From contig NC_043007.1 of NCBI RefSeq assembly GCF_006345805.1, forward strand, positions 62,372,001 through 62,436,000: a stretch of DNA of 64,000 nucleotides. Reading direction: 5' to 3'. The notes under the pieces were generated by a model. The model did no database searches and was not told the origin of the DNA. It was given only the letters and a program-made list of their open reading frames with translations. The DNA is from Octopus sinensis (lineage: Eukaryota). A program made the position numbers and the translations under genes. The number at the start of each line of letters is the position of its first letter. Position 1 is the stretch's first letter. Of the stretch, positions 13,095-25,045 are shown piece after piece.

Positions 13095-13560
13095 TTAATA
13101 ATCATCATCATTATCTTCATCATCATCATTTAGCATTTGTTTTCCATGCTGGTATGGGTTGGACAGTTTGACAGGAATTGGCCAGCTGTCTGGTCCCCAT
13201 GTCTGTTTTGGTATGGTTTCCTAACGCCAACCACTTTATAGAGTATACTGGGTGCTTTTATGCAGCACTGACACTGGTACTTTTACATGCCACCAGTACA
13301 GGTACTTTTTACATGGCACTGGCACCCACAAGTCCACAAGATTAGGAACACTCAGCTGAAGAGGGATGCAGAGGACATGTGTCGGTGCAAGGACAATTAC
13401 ATTTTTATTTAGCTTGGTGTGTTTCCTCAAGCACAGCAAACCACCAGGAGTCTCAGTGGCTTGTCATTCCCTCTGCAAAGCCCAACATCTGAAGATCCTT
13501 TCCCACTATTTCAACCAACGTCTTCCTGTGTCTATCCCTTCCACATGTTCCCTCCACAGG
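13095..13560 (-). mobile_element. RTE LINE 3' end (RT C-terminus, UTR, (GAT)n tail)
   Basis: The minus strand reads PVEGTCGRDRHRKT..., homologous to EGTCGRGRSRKTW at about 52195. It has the same tail as the other RTE copies and is followed by a family A SINE at about 13560-13757 (-). Confidence 0.75.
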
Positions 13561-16500
13561 CACTAGGCCTGAGATTTTGAGGAAGGGACCTCATGAATTA
13601 CATTGGCCTGTGCCTGACAGGTACCTATTTGATCAACTTCAAAAGGATGTATAGCAAAGTCAATCTCAGCAGAATTGGAACTCAGAACATAAGTCAGAAG
13701 AAATACTGCTAAGCATTTTGTTTGGCATGTTAACAATTCTGTCAGCTCACTGCCTTATAGCATTTAAATTGGCCATATCTGGCCAACATGATCTTCCTTT
13801 TTTTATGTTCAAACTGGCCAGAATTGGCCTTTCACACATACCCTACAATGTCATTCTAAAAATAAATAATCACATCATCAAAATCTCAAAGGTGAAGATA
13901 ATGCCTGATTAATTCAAAACAATGTGAATAAATAAGCATTACATTTGACAGAATAATGTGAATACCAAAGGATTAATAATAAAATAAAACCATAAACTAG
14001 CTCCATGAAAGTGTTAAGAGTCTACTGACTGAAGGGTTTTAATCTTTACCCATCACTGGCACTGCACTGAGAGTTGTCACTGGTAAGGTATACTATAACT
14101 AATAGGGGTTTCATAAGATTTTAATCTTGGATTGAAGTCTTCAATAGAAAATTTCTATTGGGTATCATGTCTAAAAGTTGCACACTCCTGTATGTCAGTC
14201 AGATTAATCAACCAACAATAGATATTGTCCACTAGGAAAAGAAAACTAATTAACTTCATTTGTCATTTTTGTTTAAGATAAATAAAATGTTTTGTTTTAA
14301 TAAGGCTGAAATGTGCTATTTTTGGAGGTGAATGGAAGTTGTGGCATGCATACTTTTCCCATTGCCATTTGCTAACATAAGTGAAGTAAAATGGCAACAG
14401 CTTGGAAATGAACTCTTAACATGAATTTGCCCCACTTGAAACAAAGCTTATACTGTACAGCAATTAGCAAAATTGGAGTAGAAGCTTCCATGTTCTAGTA
14501 CTGACATAAATCCCTCATTAAGAAAATTTAAAAGGAAACAGTAAAAATATGGAATTACCTGTAAATTGTGTATGTGTATGTTTGTGTATGTGTATGTGAG
14601 AGAGAGGATGAAAGCAAAAGAGAGAGTTAAGGGTGTTTTTCTAGTGTAATACTTTTTCATTTTTAGTTGGAAATATTTTAGATGTCAGTGTGATCTTTTC
14701 TCCCATCAAGGTCAATAAACTAGTAATTGTTCTGGAGTATAGTTTGAGAGAATAGGAGAGGGGGATCTTGTACTTACATTTAGATCTTAGCGAAAGTAGA
14801 ATATTCATGGCTTTATTTAAAATTTGTTGTGTGAATTTCTTGTTTAAAAGAGAGAATAATGTTATGACCTTAACTCCTAATGTAAGTATCATGAGACTAT
14901 TAAGGATTGCCATGTGCAGCCCTGGTCAACTCATATGAGCAAATTTTTATAGTATAGTTCATACTGGACTATGTGCCTGTGAATAATTAAGGAATCCTGC
15001 AACCAGGACATGCAAAGATAAGATGTCTTTTGTATCCAGTTTGGGTCTGAGTTCAAATTCATTGGTTGATCAGTCATACCCATCCTATAGTTATTCTAGG
15101 GTGTGACTTCTCAACATTTAGAAGAAAAGGAAAATAGAAGCTTTATATTTAAAGTTGGCAGGAAATTTGGCTGTGACATTAAGGGATGAAGAGACTAAAA
15201 TATCCCTTATTGTTTCAGTGTATGTGTTTTCATGTGATGGAAAAAATGGAGGAGACTGTGGTGGTTGGGGTCAGAGTGGAATCCTTATTATACCACGTTT
15301 AACAAATGCTTTTTGGCTCAGTACTTCATATATATAGTTATTATTTCTATCTATTAATATCTATCATAAAGCATAAGAGATTTTTCCAAGATATTTCCTA
15401 TGCAAATATTACAAAATATATTTTACCAAAATTGTTGAAGTGAATTTTAAAAATGAAATATAGCCATATCCAAAGAGTTATTTCTAAATATTCAAGCAAT
15501 ACATGTTCTTTGAATTTTGGTTTATTTCTAAAACTTTTGACAGCTTTTGTTTTAATGATTAGATAAACATTTAATGAAAGAGTGGACTGAGAGTGTCAGT
15601 CATGGCACCATTGCTTCAAAAGTTATTTTAGCTTAATAATAGATTTTTTCACACCATATCAGTTTTGTTTCAGAATTTCTGCTCTTTTAGGTTCCATTGA
15701 CGAAAATATATGGAGCCATTTTCCTGCTGATTCTCAATTGGGACAATGTCTAGTAATAATGATATCTATTGAACTCATCCATTTCAGTCACAATCTAACT
15801 TTGTCCTTTCCATCATTATTTCAATGTAATATTTGCAATATGAAATGCAATAACGATTATTTACAATATTTATTTCATGAAACTGTATAGAAGGGAAATA
15901 ATTAAATAAAATTAATCTGTAATTAAACCTTTTCAGACTATTATCTACATTCTTGCTTTCACAAATGCATTTCAATCAGTTTTATAGACAATTATGATAA
16001 AAAAGATTGTCCCAAGTGGGATCTGAGCTAGAACCTGTATACTTTTTTTTAAAAATAGTATTAACATCCTAATATGAATAACTGACCCAAGAAGCATTTG
16101 TTAAACCTGGTAAATCATTGGTGTATGTAGAATTATTATTTTTTCTGTGATGGCATCCATGTTGAGTTATCTGTAAGAGCTATGTGTATTATATCTTTGA
16201 TTTTTTTCCAAATTTCCAATGTGGTTCCCTATCTGTAATTGAAATTTCTTACCATAATGATGTGTGGTTTTCTTTTCCACATCCTATATATTCAGACATT
16301 CCTTCATTTTGATACTTTGAAAAGCTTTAATGAAAAAGGAAACACCAAAATAAGGAATGGTGCCAAAAGGGAGATCATATGACATTATGAAAGGAAATTT
16401 CCCTTATAGATAAAGAATTACAGTGGAAACTCAGAAGGCAGTCCATGTAGCTCATGGAAAAATCAGAAAAATCAGCACTGATTTTAGTTCAAGATATATC

Positions 16501-17924
16501 TGCCATTATTGTAAAACTCTTCTTCATTATCCTTCAAGCACACCAAGAATTCTTTAGAGATGTTAATACAGATTCCAAATTCAAATCAACCTGGAACAAT
16601 GTACATTATCAGCAATATGATGCATGATAACAATTGTAGATTAAATTCATTGAAATGTTGCATAAAAAGAAACTCTGTTGATATGATTAATGATACAGAA
16701 AAGTTTAATTATTGGAATAACTTGACTCTGAAGTTGAGATATGTAATCAAATTTATTTTTACTAGCACTGTTTTAGGAAGAATACCAATTTCACATAATT
16801 ATTTGTGTGTACTGTCTTTTCTTTTTTAAACTTTTTTTAAAACCTGACTTTTTGTTACTGGAACAGTTTGCCTGAATGAGTATTCTCCTTGTTTAAATTA
16901 TTTAATTCCTTTACAGTTTTTTTCTTTTTATGATGTTTCTAAGAATAGGACAAAAATCATATTGACAATATTGATTACTTAATTAAGCATGCACCTTATA
17001 ATGCAAATAGAGTTTTAAAAGTTATATTATTAGCATTGATTTCTTTAGCAGAATAAGAAGTGGACTTGTGGCAGGTCAAGTTCATGACACAGTTTAGATT
17101 CACCACATTAGCTACATTTTCATTTAAATCACTAATATCCTAAGGAATGGCATAGATACCACAAGTTCCTATTCCATTCTAGTGCTTATAAAAAATCAAT
17201 ATTGATTTTTTTTAATAAGTCATTCCTTTTTTGGGCAAACATAGTTACATTTCTTGCTTAAAGAGAAAACCCTACAAGGATATAAACACAAAACTCACAA
17301 CACAGGTGTCCTGTAAGGCATTTGTACCACATATTGTCTCAATATCAATAAAAGAATCATATTTCAAACTGATTGCATATATCTCATTACCATTGCTCCT
17401 ATGCTTCTCCTCATAGATTTAAAGGTTTGTTGTTATTCTCTCCTCTCTAACAACATTTTCCATTATTGTATTGGGTGACAGGGCCTTCTCATATTACATA
17501 GCTTTCCAGATGCCTTCTTACTGATTTTACTTTTTCAGGTTCATTGCACTGCCAAATAATCCTCCTTAAAATTTTTGTCATAGTATCTGCAATCAAACAC
17601 ATTAGCTCATAATTTATCTTAAATACTAATATAAAAGACTAGACAATTTTGTTTTGTTTTCCTTTAACAATATATATCAAAATGTTTGTTGTGAAGAATA
17701 TTCATGAACAATGTAAGACATGGTGTACTGTGATGTGATCTATGCACTGATAAATACAATACAATGTGTTTTAACTTTGTATTTTTTCATGATGTGGTTA
17801 CTATCAAGTCTTTACCGAAATCCTAACCAGATGCAATATAAATATATATGCAATCAGTTACATGATATCATGGAGATCATATGACATACTGAGGGTTAAC
17901 AACCTTTGATATATTCTGGGGATC

Positions 17925-18145
17925 AAGGCAGCGAGTTGGCAGAAATGTTAGCATGCTAGGTGAAATGCTTAGCAGTATTTCGTCTGTCTTTATGATCTGA
18001 GTTCAAATTCCGCTGAGGTCAACTTTACCTTTTATCCTTTCAGGGTTGATAAATTAAGTACCTGTTGCATACTGGGGTTGATCTAATTGACTGGCCTCCT
18101 CCCCAAAAATTTCGGGCCTTGTGCCTAGAGTAGAAAAGGATATAT
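17925..18145 (+). mobile_element. SINE family A, full-length
   Basis: Runs from aaggcagcgagttggcagaaatgttagc to ggccttgtgcctagagtagaaaagg. Other solo copies are at about 30505-30650 (-), 30675-30890 (+), 32495-32690 (-), 48495-48705 (+) and 57335-57556 (+). Confidence 0.85.
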
Positions 18146-19471
18146 TCTGGAGACCTGATAGCCTCCAGCTTTAACATTTTCACAAAGAGAAGGGGCTGCA
18201 GAATTTCAGCACAAGTTACACTTTTCCGTTTTGATTACTTCATAAACCTGTCTGAATGAAGCATTTTTATAACTCCAGAACTGTCTGAATTTTGATAATT
18301 TTAAAATGTTTACTAATGGCAGTGGAGAGGCTCTTGCTCCCTCTTTTAATTTTTTTATTTTAATAAAAGCTTAAATTTTTAATTAATTTAAATTTTTTAG
18401 CACGAAATAATTTTTTTATTTACAAATTAATTTGTTTTGGGGTTTTTTTTGTGATTATTATGAGAGTGCCTTTAGATCTTTTAACCTGTTTTTCTTCAGA
18501 GTGTGTAGTTGTGTTTGTTAAAAGCAAATGTTATCATGTGAGAGAAAATTATCATGAGTTGTGTAAATACACATTTTTGTGGAAGTGTATAACATGGAAC
18601 CATTTGATTTGTATTTTATCATTTGCATCTTGGTGGGGAAAGCATGAACACAACAAGACCTTTTTCTTTGTTAATCTGAAGACATCAATGAGATTAAGCA
18701 ACCAGAGGTGTATACTACTGATTGCAAAATCAAATTAAATAATTCAGGGTGTATTTGTATATGCTTATTTAAAAACATTTTTATGCATAAGTGTATTCAT
18801 ATATATTTATGCAGGTTCATATGCATCTGTATCTTTGCTTGCGTTTACCAATGTTTCTGCATATACATATTAAAGAATATGTGTACGAACAGACATTAGA
18901 GCACAAGTATATCTGTCAATGCAAATTAATGTGTTTATTCTTGATGAGTGGTTTTTATTACAGCATCAAATGTTAACGCCGCCACTGTATTAGTACAAAT
19001 ATTTTAAGATGAGTCAACAGTGAAGATAAAATCTGTTGAAAATCTGTGAGAGTAAACTACTAACGTGTACAACCTGTCAATAGCAAACTAAAACTGAATA
19101 AACACTTGTTGACAAGGAAAGTCAGCTAGTACTGAATATAAAATCCTTCCTGTAATTTTCTTTAATTTCCAATTTTTTTGTTTTCTGCTTGTCCAAGAAG
19201 TGGTAGTTGTGTAGTTAAAGTGGTTGACTTAGTAACCTGTCTCTTCATAAAGTTAAACTCTTTACTCTATAGGTGTTGACTCTTTAGACTCATTACTATG
19301 TTTGATGTTATGTAAATTCTGTAAGTCCGTTTACTTTAAACATCTTGGTGGAATAATTAGAGTGATGGCCCAGATAATAAAATGTTCGACTTTGTGTATA
19401 TAACTTACCAGTGCTGACTTTCTCAGGATCACTAAAGTAGGTATCAGGAAAATACTACAGTCATTTCAATT

Positions 19472-19515
<44 letters not shown>

Positions 19516-20202
19516 TTCTCAACAAAAGTAAATTGAGTTTTTGTCTATTCAGAAAGAATCAGTCATCATCATCATCATCATCATCATTTAATGTACATTT
19601 TCCTTTTCCATGCTGGCATGAGTTGAATGGTTTGACAGCAACTGGTGAGCCAGAAGACTGTACCAGGTTTCCGTGTCTGTTTTGGTGTGATTTTTTTGAC
19701 TAGATGCCCTTCCTAATGCCAACTACCTTACAGAGTAGATCAGTATGAAAAAAAATCTGAGTCAGCCTATATGGCTGAGTAGTGTTTTAGTTAGGATTTC
19801 AGATCAATCTGAAATCAACTAAAATAAGTACCAGTTATATACTACCACCTGATGTTTTTAATCAAAAGAAATTAATGAAAGATGAGTACCTTAAAGTAGA
19901 ATTTATCTCTTGGCTTGCTTAATCCAGTGATCAAGTTTTGTTTTCCAGATTGTAGCCATTTCATTTCATTTCCATTACTAATGCATCAAGGCAGTGGCTT
20001 CCAAATGGTCTGATGCTGGATGTAGCTAGTTGTGCTGGGAAATGTACACGAGATAATATAGTCCTGATATCTCTAAAAACAGGATGGTCATGGGGGAAAT
20101 ACTTTTGATCATAAATCTGCTCAACTATGGTTGACCTGACCAAACAATATTTTTTTGAAATTATGCACAAAGAGAACCAAAATATTTAAATTTTTTCCAG
20201 AA

Positions 20203-20454
20203 CAGTATTTCCCAACCATTTTTAGCTATAGACCCTTTGATTCCTATTTTACTCTGATGGACCCTCCTAGCCATTCAATATTTAAACAATTTTATTACAT
20301 TTTTATAATTAAGTAATATTAGGAATTGTATTAAAAAATTGTTAAAATATTTTGTGTATTGTAGAAGTATAACCAATATATTGCAGATAAATTTTAACAG
20401 CAAAATCTTATGTGGACCCCTAAAGGTCATATGGACCCCTGTTGAGAACCTCTG
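20203..20454. mobile_element. hAT-type MITE related to 3514-3853
   Basis: The ends cagtatttcccaacc / gttgagaacctctg and the internal atggaccc motifs are shared with the 3514 copy. The flanks ttccagaa / cactagaa match only partly. Confidence 0.7.
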
Positions 20455-21339
20455 CACTAGAAGGCACCACAAATAAAGAAAAAATGTTTAAGAAACACTA
20501 GCTTACAAAAGGAAGGAAAGGAAGGCAATTATATATTTACTCACCCTTCCCTTATTGGTACAGATTTGAATAACTACCAAACCCATGCAACAATAGAATA
20601 ATAAATGCAGACATCATGTGGACTGTGTGTTTGTGTGTTTATAGATTAATTGTATCAACAACTTTAATCATACAGTAGTTCACTAAACTGTCAAAGGGTA
20701 TGATGACATATTTTCTATAGCTGACAACTTGTTTGACTCATCACCTTTTGATGGTGAGGTGGGGTATAGGTGTGTATGTGTGTGTGTGTATGCATATATA
20801 TATATATAGCTATATATATGCATATGTATGTATGCATATGCACGTATGTGTGTGTATACACAGATACATATATATATGCATGAACCAATAGAATAAGTAC
20901 CAGGTTTAAAAATATAAGTGCTGGGGTAAATTCATTCAATTAAAATTCTTCAAGGCAGTGCCCCAGCATGGCTACAGTCTAATGGCTGAAACAAATAAAT
21001 GATAAAAGATGAAAGACAAATACACACACACACATACACATACATATATATATGCAAATATATATATGTGCTGTGTTGGGACCAGCATGTCACTAAATAT
21101 ACCCCTTCTGTATGTCATAAAATGTGGCTAAAAGAAATTGAGGTAGGATTTGCCTGCTGACTTTGTAAATTCCTCACTAGCAACAACATCCAAACCGTTC
21201 CATGGTTTGAAGGGTTGTCACCTGAGTGGCGCAAAGGTGTCATCCACCAGGAATAGGGAATCTCCCAACAAGTGGTGGATGCAGCAACATGCTATTACAG
21301 TGCATACCCCACCCCCACTACTACTACTGTATATATTTA

Positions 21340-21597
21340 TGTATGTATGCAGTGGTACCAAAGGCAGATTAAGAGAGAAAATAGATTTGCATGTGACCAA
21401 TGCACAGGAACAATAAGCACTAAGAGCAGATGGGAAGTAGACGTTCTTAAATACCCAGAACGACTGCTAGAAGTAGATGATAGTTTCTCTTACTTACAGT
21501 GGAGGAAGACATGAAAGAATTGTTGCTAGACAAAAAAAAAAAAAAAGAAAACAGATTGGAGAAAGTTCAGAGAGCTTTTACTTCTGTTGGTAACAAA
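21340..21597 (+). mobile_element. Old RTE RT fragment, left half (interrupted by the CR1 LINE)
   Basis: Translates through frameshifts to CSGTKGRLREK / FACDQCTGTIST / LEVDDSFSYL / DWRKFRELLLLLVT and continues at 24891. Confidence 0.8.
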
Positions 21598-21859
21598 CCC
21601 AAACTCGCAGAAATTCGATATAGTAATGAATGAAAGCAGTTTTTTAGGCATAATCTACCAACTACAACAACAGCTGTACTCCATACAGACGACTCAGCAA
21701 AACCAGGCAACATTGATACAAAGGCTGACACCTGGACTTACAGGGCACGTACAACAAATACAGACAGCCCAGCAGACCGAATATCCAGTCAGCACAGTCC
21801 CAGCAACTACAACAGTCTTGCCAACAATAGGGCAGATGTATCCGGTACAACAAGCATAA
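21598..21859 (+). CDS. C-terminal remnant of LINE ORF1 (Q/T-rich)
   Basis: An open frame (..ESSFLGIIYQLQQQ...YPVQQA*) overlapping the ORF2 frame in -1. The position is as expected for the end of ORF1. Confidence 0.55.
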
Positions 21860-23313
21860 TAACAGCAAATATCCAGGGTCTTTATCCGAAAACAAAACAG
21901 TGTAAAGTCCCTTTCTTGGAAGAATTAGCAACAGAAAACAACTCCAAAATAATTGGAATTACTGAAAGTCATCTCAACGAAAACATCCGCAACAGCGAAA
22001 TCACAATCAATAGATTCAACATCTTCAGATGTGATAGACAAGGCAGATCCCATGGGGGCGTTATCATGTATATCCATGATACCTATGCATGCATAGAACT
22101 TGTCAATGAATCAAATGCCTACTGCAACCTGCTGTGCATAAAAATCATCCAACTTAATACAGTTGTAACAATAATGTACAGACCGCCAAACAGCCCAACA
22201 TTATCCTTCACTGAGCCACTGACGAAGCTCCAACAAATTCTGGGAAACATGGCAAGTCCAATGCCAGACATTATCCTCCTTGGTGACTTCAACTTCCCTA
22301 ACATCATCTGGCCACATGGACACATACTAAAACTGGGGACAAAAGCTGAACAAATACAGGCAGCCAAACTGTTGGAAGTCACAGAGAAATTATACCTCAA
22401 ACAAATGATGACAGAAGCAACAAGAAATAATAATACGATCGACTTGGTTTTCACCAACAACGAGGACACGCTATTTGACCTTCACTCAACCCCAACAATC
22501 CTTTCAGACCACAATATTATTGAAATGCATTTACACATTGGTAATGAGCCCAATGCCACAACTCTTAAACAAAAGGACATGCCAAAGCTATGCAGGTATG
22601 ATTATCACCAGGCAAATTGGGAAACTATTAACAACCAGTTACAAATCATTGACTGGGATCTCTACCTTACTGGGCCAGATAAACACAAGAAATTCTTAAA
22701 CAAGATCGAAGAAATATGTGAAAAAAATGTTCCTCTAAAGAAAACCAAGTCCACAAAAAAACCTGTACCACGGGAGCGAAAGATCCTGATGCGCAAAAGG
22801 TCAAGACTAAGAAACAAAACATCTAAGCTGACATCAAAACATGAATTACAGAAAGTCCTTGACCAAATATACAGATTAGAAGACAATCTAAAACAACACT
22901 ATGATGAAGAACGTAGCAATGCAGAAAAGAAAGCCATAGAAAACATCAAGAAAAATCCAAAATGTTTCTACAGTTTTGCAAAGAAATACTCGAACACCAA
23001 GTCAACAATAGGACCTCTCCAGAGACAAAATGGGGATGTAGTGAATAACCCTATTGAAATGGCAGAAATGTTGGGTCAACAGTATGAAAGTGTCTTCAGT
23101 GAGCCATCTAAAACCATGAAGATCCATGACCCAGGAAAATTCTTCAAGGATATCGACCATACTAAACCTACCCTATCCGACATTGATTTCAACCCGGAAG
23201 ACATAGCAAGAGCAATAGACAAGCTCTCCATGCACTCGGCTGCGGGGCCTGACGGTTTCAATGCCATGATACTTAAAAACTGCAAGGCACAATTGTCGAA
23301 ACCCCTTACATGA
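21634..23313 (+). CDS. LINE ORF2 5' part: apurinic-like endonuclease plus linker
   Basis: The frame is open from 21634 with no ATG before the APE start SIITANIQGL (about 21853). Motifs GITESHL, YRPP, GDFN, DLVF and SDH are present. It ends at a frameshift. Confidence 0.9.
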   Translation, partial: KQFFRHNLPTTTTAVLHTDDSAKPGNIDTKADTWTYRARTTNTDSPADRISSQHSPSNYNSLANNRADVSGTTSIITANIQGLYPKTKQCKVPFLEELATENNSKIIGITESHLNENIRNSEITINRFNIFRCDRQGRSHGGVIMYIHDTYACIELVNESNAYCNLLCIKIIQLNTVVTIMYRPPNSPTLSFTEPLTKLQQILGNMASPMPDIILLGDFNFPNIIWPHGHILKLGTKAEQIQAAKLLEVTEKLYLKQMMTEATRNNNTIDLVFTNNEDTLFDLHSTPTILSDHNIIEMHLHIGNEPNATTLKQKDMPKLCRYDYHQANWETINNQLQIIDWDLYLTGPDKHKKFLNKIEEICEKNVPLKKTKSTKKPVPRERKILMRKRSRLRNKTSKLTSKHELQKVLDQIYRLEDNLKQHYDEERSNAEKKAIENIKKNPKCFYSFAKKYSNTKSTIGPLQRQNGDVVNNPIEMAEMLGQQYESVFSEPSKTMKIHDPGKFFKDIDHTKPTLSDIDFNPEDIARAIDKLSMHSAAGPDGFNAMILKNCKAQLSKPLT

Positions 23314-24845
23314 TATGGAGGGAATCTATGGAGAATGGCAAAATACCAAATACATATAAAGAAGCACACATAACTCCAATACATAAAGGGGATAGCAAAT
23401 CAAAACCAAAGAACTACCGACCAATCTCACTGACATCACACATTATCAAGGTCTTCGAAAGAATAGTTCGTGGAAAACTGGTTGAGTTCCTGGAATCCAA
23501 CAATCTGATGAATTGCAACCAGCATGGATTCAGGTTAGGTAGATCATGCCTTTCCCAACTACTGGCACACCATGACCAAATCCTAGAAAATCTAGAGAAT
23601 GGATACAACACAGATGTTATCTACCTCGACTTTGCCAAGGCATTTGACAAGGTAGATCATGGCATCCTGGGTCACAAACTTCGAAAGCTAGGAGTAGGAG
23701 GAAAAGTTGGTACATGGATAAACGAGTTCCTTACAAATAGAACTCAAACAGTCACTGTGAATGGAACCCATTCAACACCATCACCTGTGACCAGCAGTGT
23801 TCCTCAGGGTACAGTACTCGGCCCAATCCTGTTTCTCATCCTCATCTCTGACATAGATGAAGATACAACCAGCAACGTCTCATCCTTTGCTGATGACACC
23901 AGGGTCATGAGACAAATCAAAGACGAGGTGGATACAGAGGCCTTACAAAAGGACCTGACCACCATATATAAATGGCAGGAAACAAACAACATGTTGTTCA
24001 ATGATAAGAAGTTTGAACTAATTCGCTACGGAACAGATCAAGATCTGAAAAATACAACAAACTACAGAAACCCATCAGGACAACAAATAATGGAAAAACA
24101 GTATGTGAAAGATTTAGGCATCCACATGGGAACCAACCTAAAATTCAGAGAACACCTTGACTCAGTCTGTCTTACTGCAAGAAAGTACAGCGGGTGGATC
24201 TTGCGCACCTTCAAATCAAGAGATACCTCAACAATGAAAACCCTCTGGAACAGTATGATACTTCCGAGGATTGACTACTGTTCTCAGTTGTGGTCACCAA
24301 CAACAAAGGGCCAACTATCTAAGATAGAATCGCTCCAAAGAAATTTTACCTCATACTTCTCAGAAACGAGGGACCTGGACTATTGGCAAAGACTCAAAAC
24401 CTTGAGGATGTACTCAATAGAAAGAAGATTTGAGCGATACCGAATTATATACATTTGGAAAATGATAGAGCAGAAGGTGCCAAACTTTGGTATCAAAACC
24501 TACCACTCACTGCGCCACGGAAGACGCTGCCAGCTGCCACCAATCAACAAAAAGGCTGGCCAGGCAGCAAAAACCCTGCGAGAATCAAGTCTGTTGGTTC
24601 GAGGAGCACAACTGTTCAACTCCATTCCGGTACATGTCAGAAATCTATCAGGATGCAGTGTGGAATCATTCAAATTGCAACTGGATAGATACTTAAGCAC
24701 CATTAGAGATGAACCCCATCTCCCAGGATATACACAACGAGCACAAACTGACTCAAACTCGCTCCTACACATGTCAAATTTAAGCAGAGAATACAACCTG
24801 GCAACCACACCAGACTCTGAGGGTGGAGTCTTCGACTTGGCCTGA
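23310..24845 (+). CDS. LINE ORF2 3' part: reverse transcriptase
   Basis: Motifs NYRPISLTS, QHGFR, YLDFAKAFDKVDH, VPQGTVLGP and FADD are present, and the C-terminal WILRTF...YCSQLWSP is typical of CR1-group RTs. No internal stop. Confidence 0.95.
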   Translation: MIWRESMENGKIPNTYKEAHITPIHKGDSKSKPKNYRPISLTSHIIKVFERIVRGKLVEFLESNNLMNCNQHGFRLGRSCLSQLLAHHDQILENLENGYNTDVIYLDFAKAFDKVDHGILGHKLRKLGVGGKVGTWINEFLTNRTQTVTVNGTHSTPSPVTSSVPQGTVLGPILFLILISDIDEDTTSNVSSFADDTRVMRQIKDEVDTEALQKDLTTIYKWQETNNMLFNDKKFELIRYGTDQDLKNTTNYRNPSGQQIMEKQYVKDLGIHMGTNLKFREHLDSVCLTARKYSGWILRTFKSRDTSTMKTLWNSMILPRIDYCSQLWSPTTKGQLSKIESLQRNFTSYFSETRDLDYWQRLKTLRMYSIERRFERYRIIYIWKMIEQKVPNFGIKTYHSLRHGRRCQLPPINKKAGQAAKTLRESSLLVRGAQLFNSIPVHVRNLSGCSVESFKLQLDRYLSTIRDEPHLPGYTQRAQTDSNSLLHMSNLSREYNLATTPDSEGGVFDLA

Positions 24846-24890
24846 GCATGGACTCAAACCCAAATGAAATGAAATGAAATGAAATGAAAT

Positions 24891-25045
24891 GTAACAAAAG
24901 GTTTCTCTCTCAGAGTTGATGACAGATTGTATGATGCTTGTGTATGAACAGCAGTGCTACATGGTGGTGAGGCATAGGCTGTGAATGCAGAGCGCTTGTG
25001 CAGATCAGAAAGAAATGAAGCTAGCATACTCCTTGGCTATGTAAC
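24891..25045 (+). mobile_element. Old RTE RT fragment, right half
   Basis: Reads VTKGFSLRVDDRLYDACV*TAVLHGGEA*AVNAE...RNEAS, the direct continuation of the left half. Confidence 0.8.

Larger units (their letters stand above)
21598..24890 (+). mobile_element. CR1-group LINE, 5'-truncated within ORF1, with (GAAAT)n tail and 8-bp TSD
   Basis: Contains APE and RT ORF2. The tail is caaat(gaaat)5 at 24861-24890. The TSD GTAACAAA lies at 21590-21597 and 24891-24898. Confidence 0.93.

Noticed and set aside
15700-16800. Possible very old Penelope RT on the minus strand (EFLVCLKDNEEEFYN, HGLPSEFPL)
   Set aside because: The resemblance is too faint and riddled with stops. It needs a profile-HMM search.
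19961-20170. 69-aa minus ORF with exon-like composition
   Set aside because: No recognisable domain, a stop precedes the nearest donor, and the splice signals are weak.
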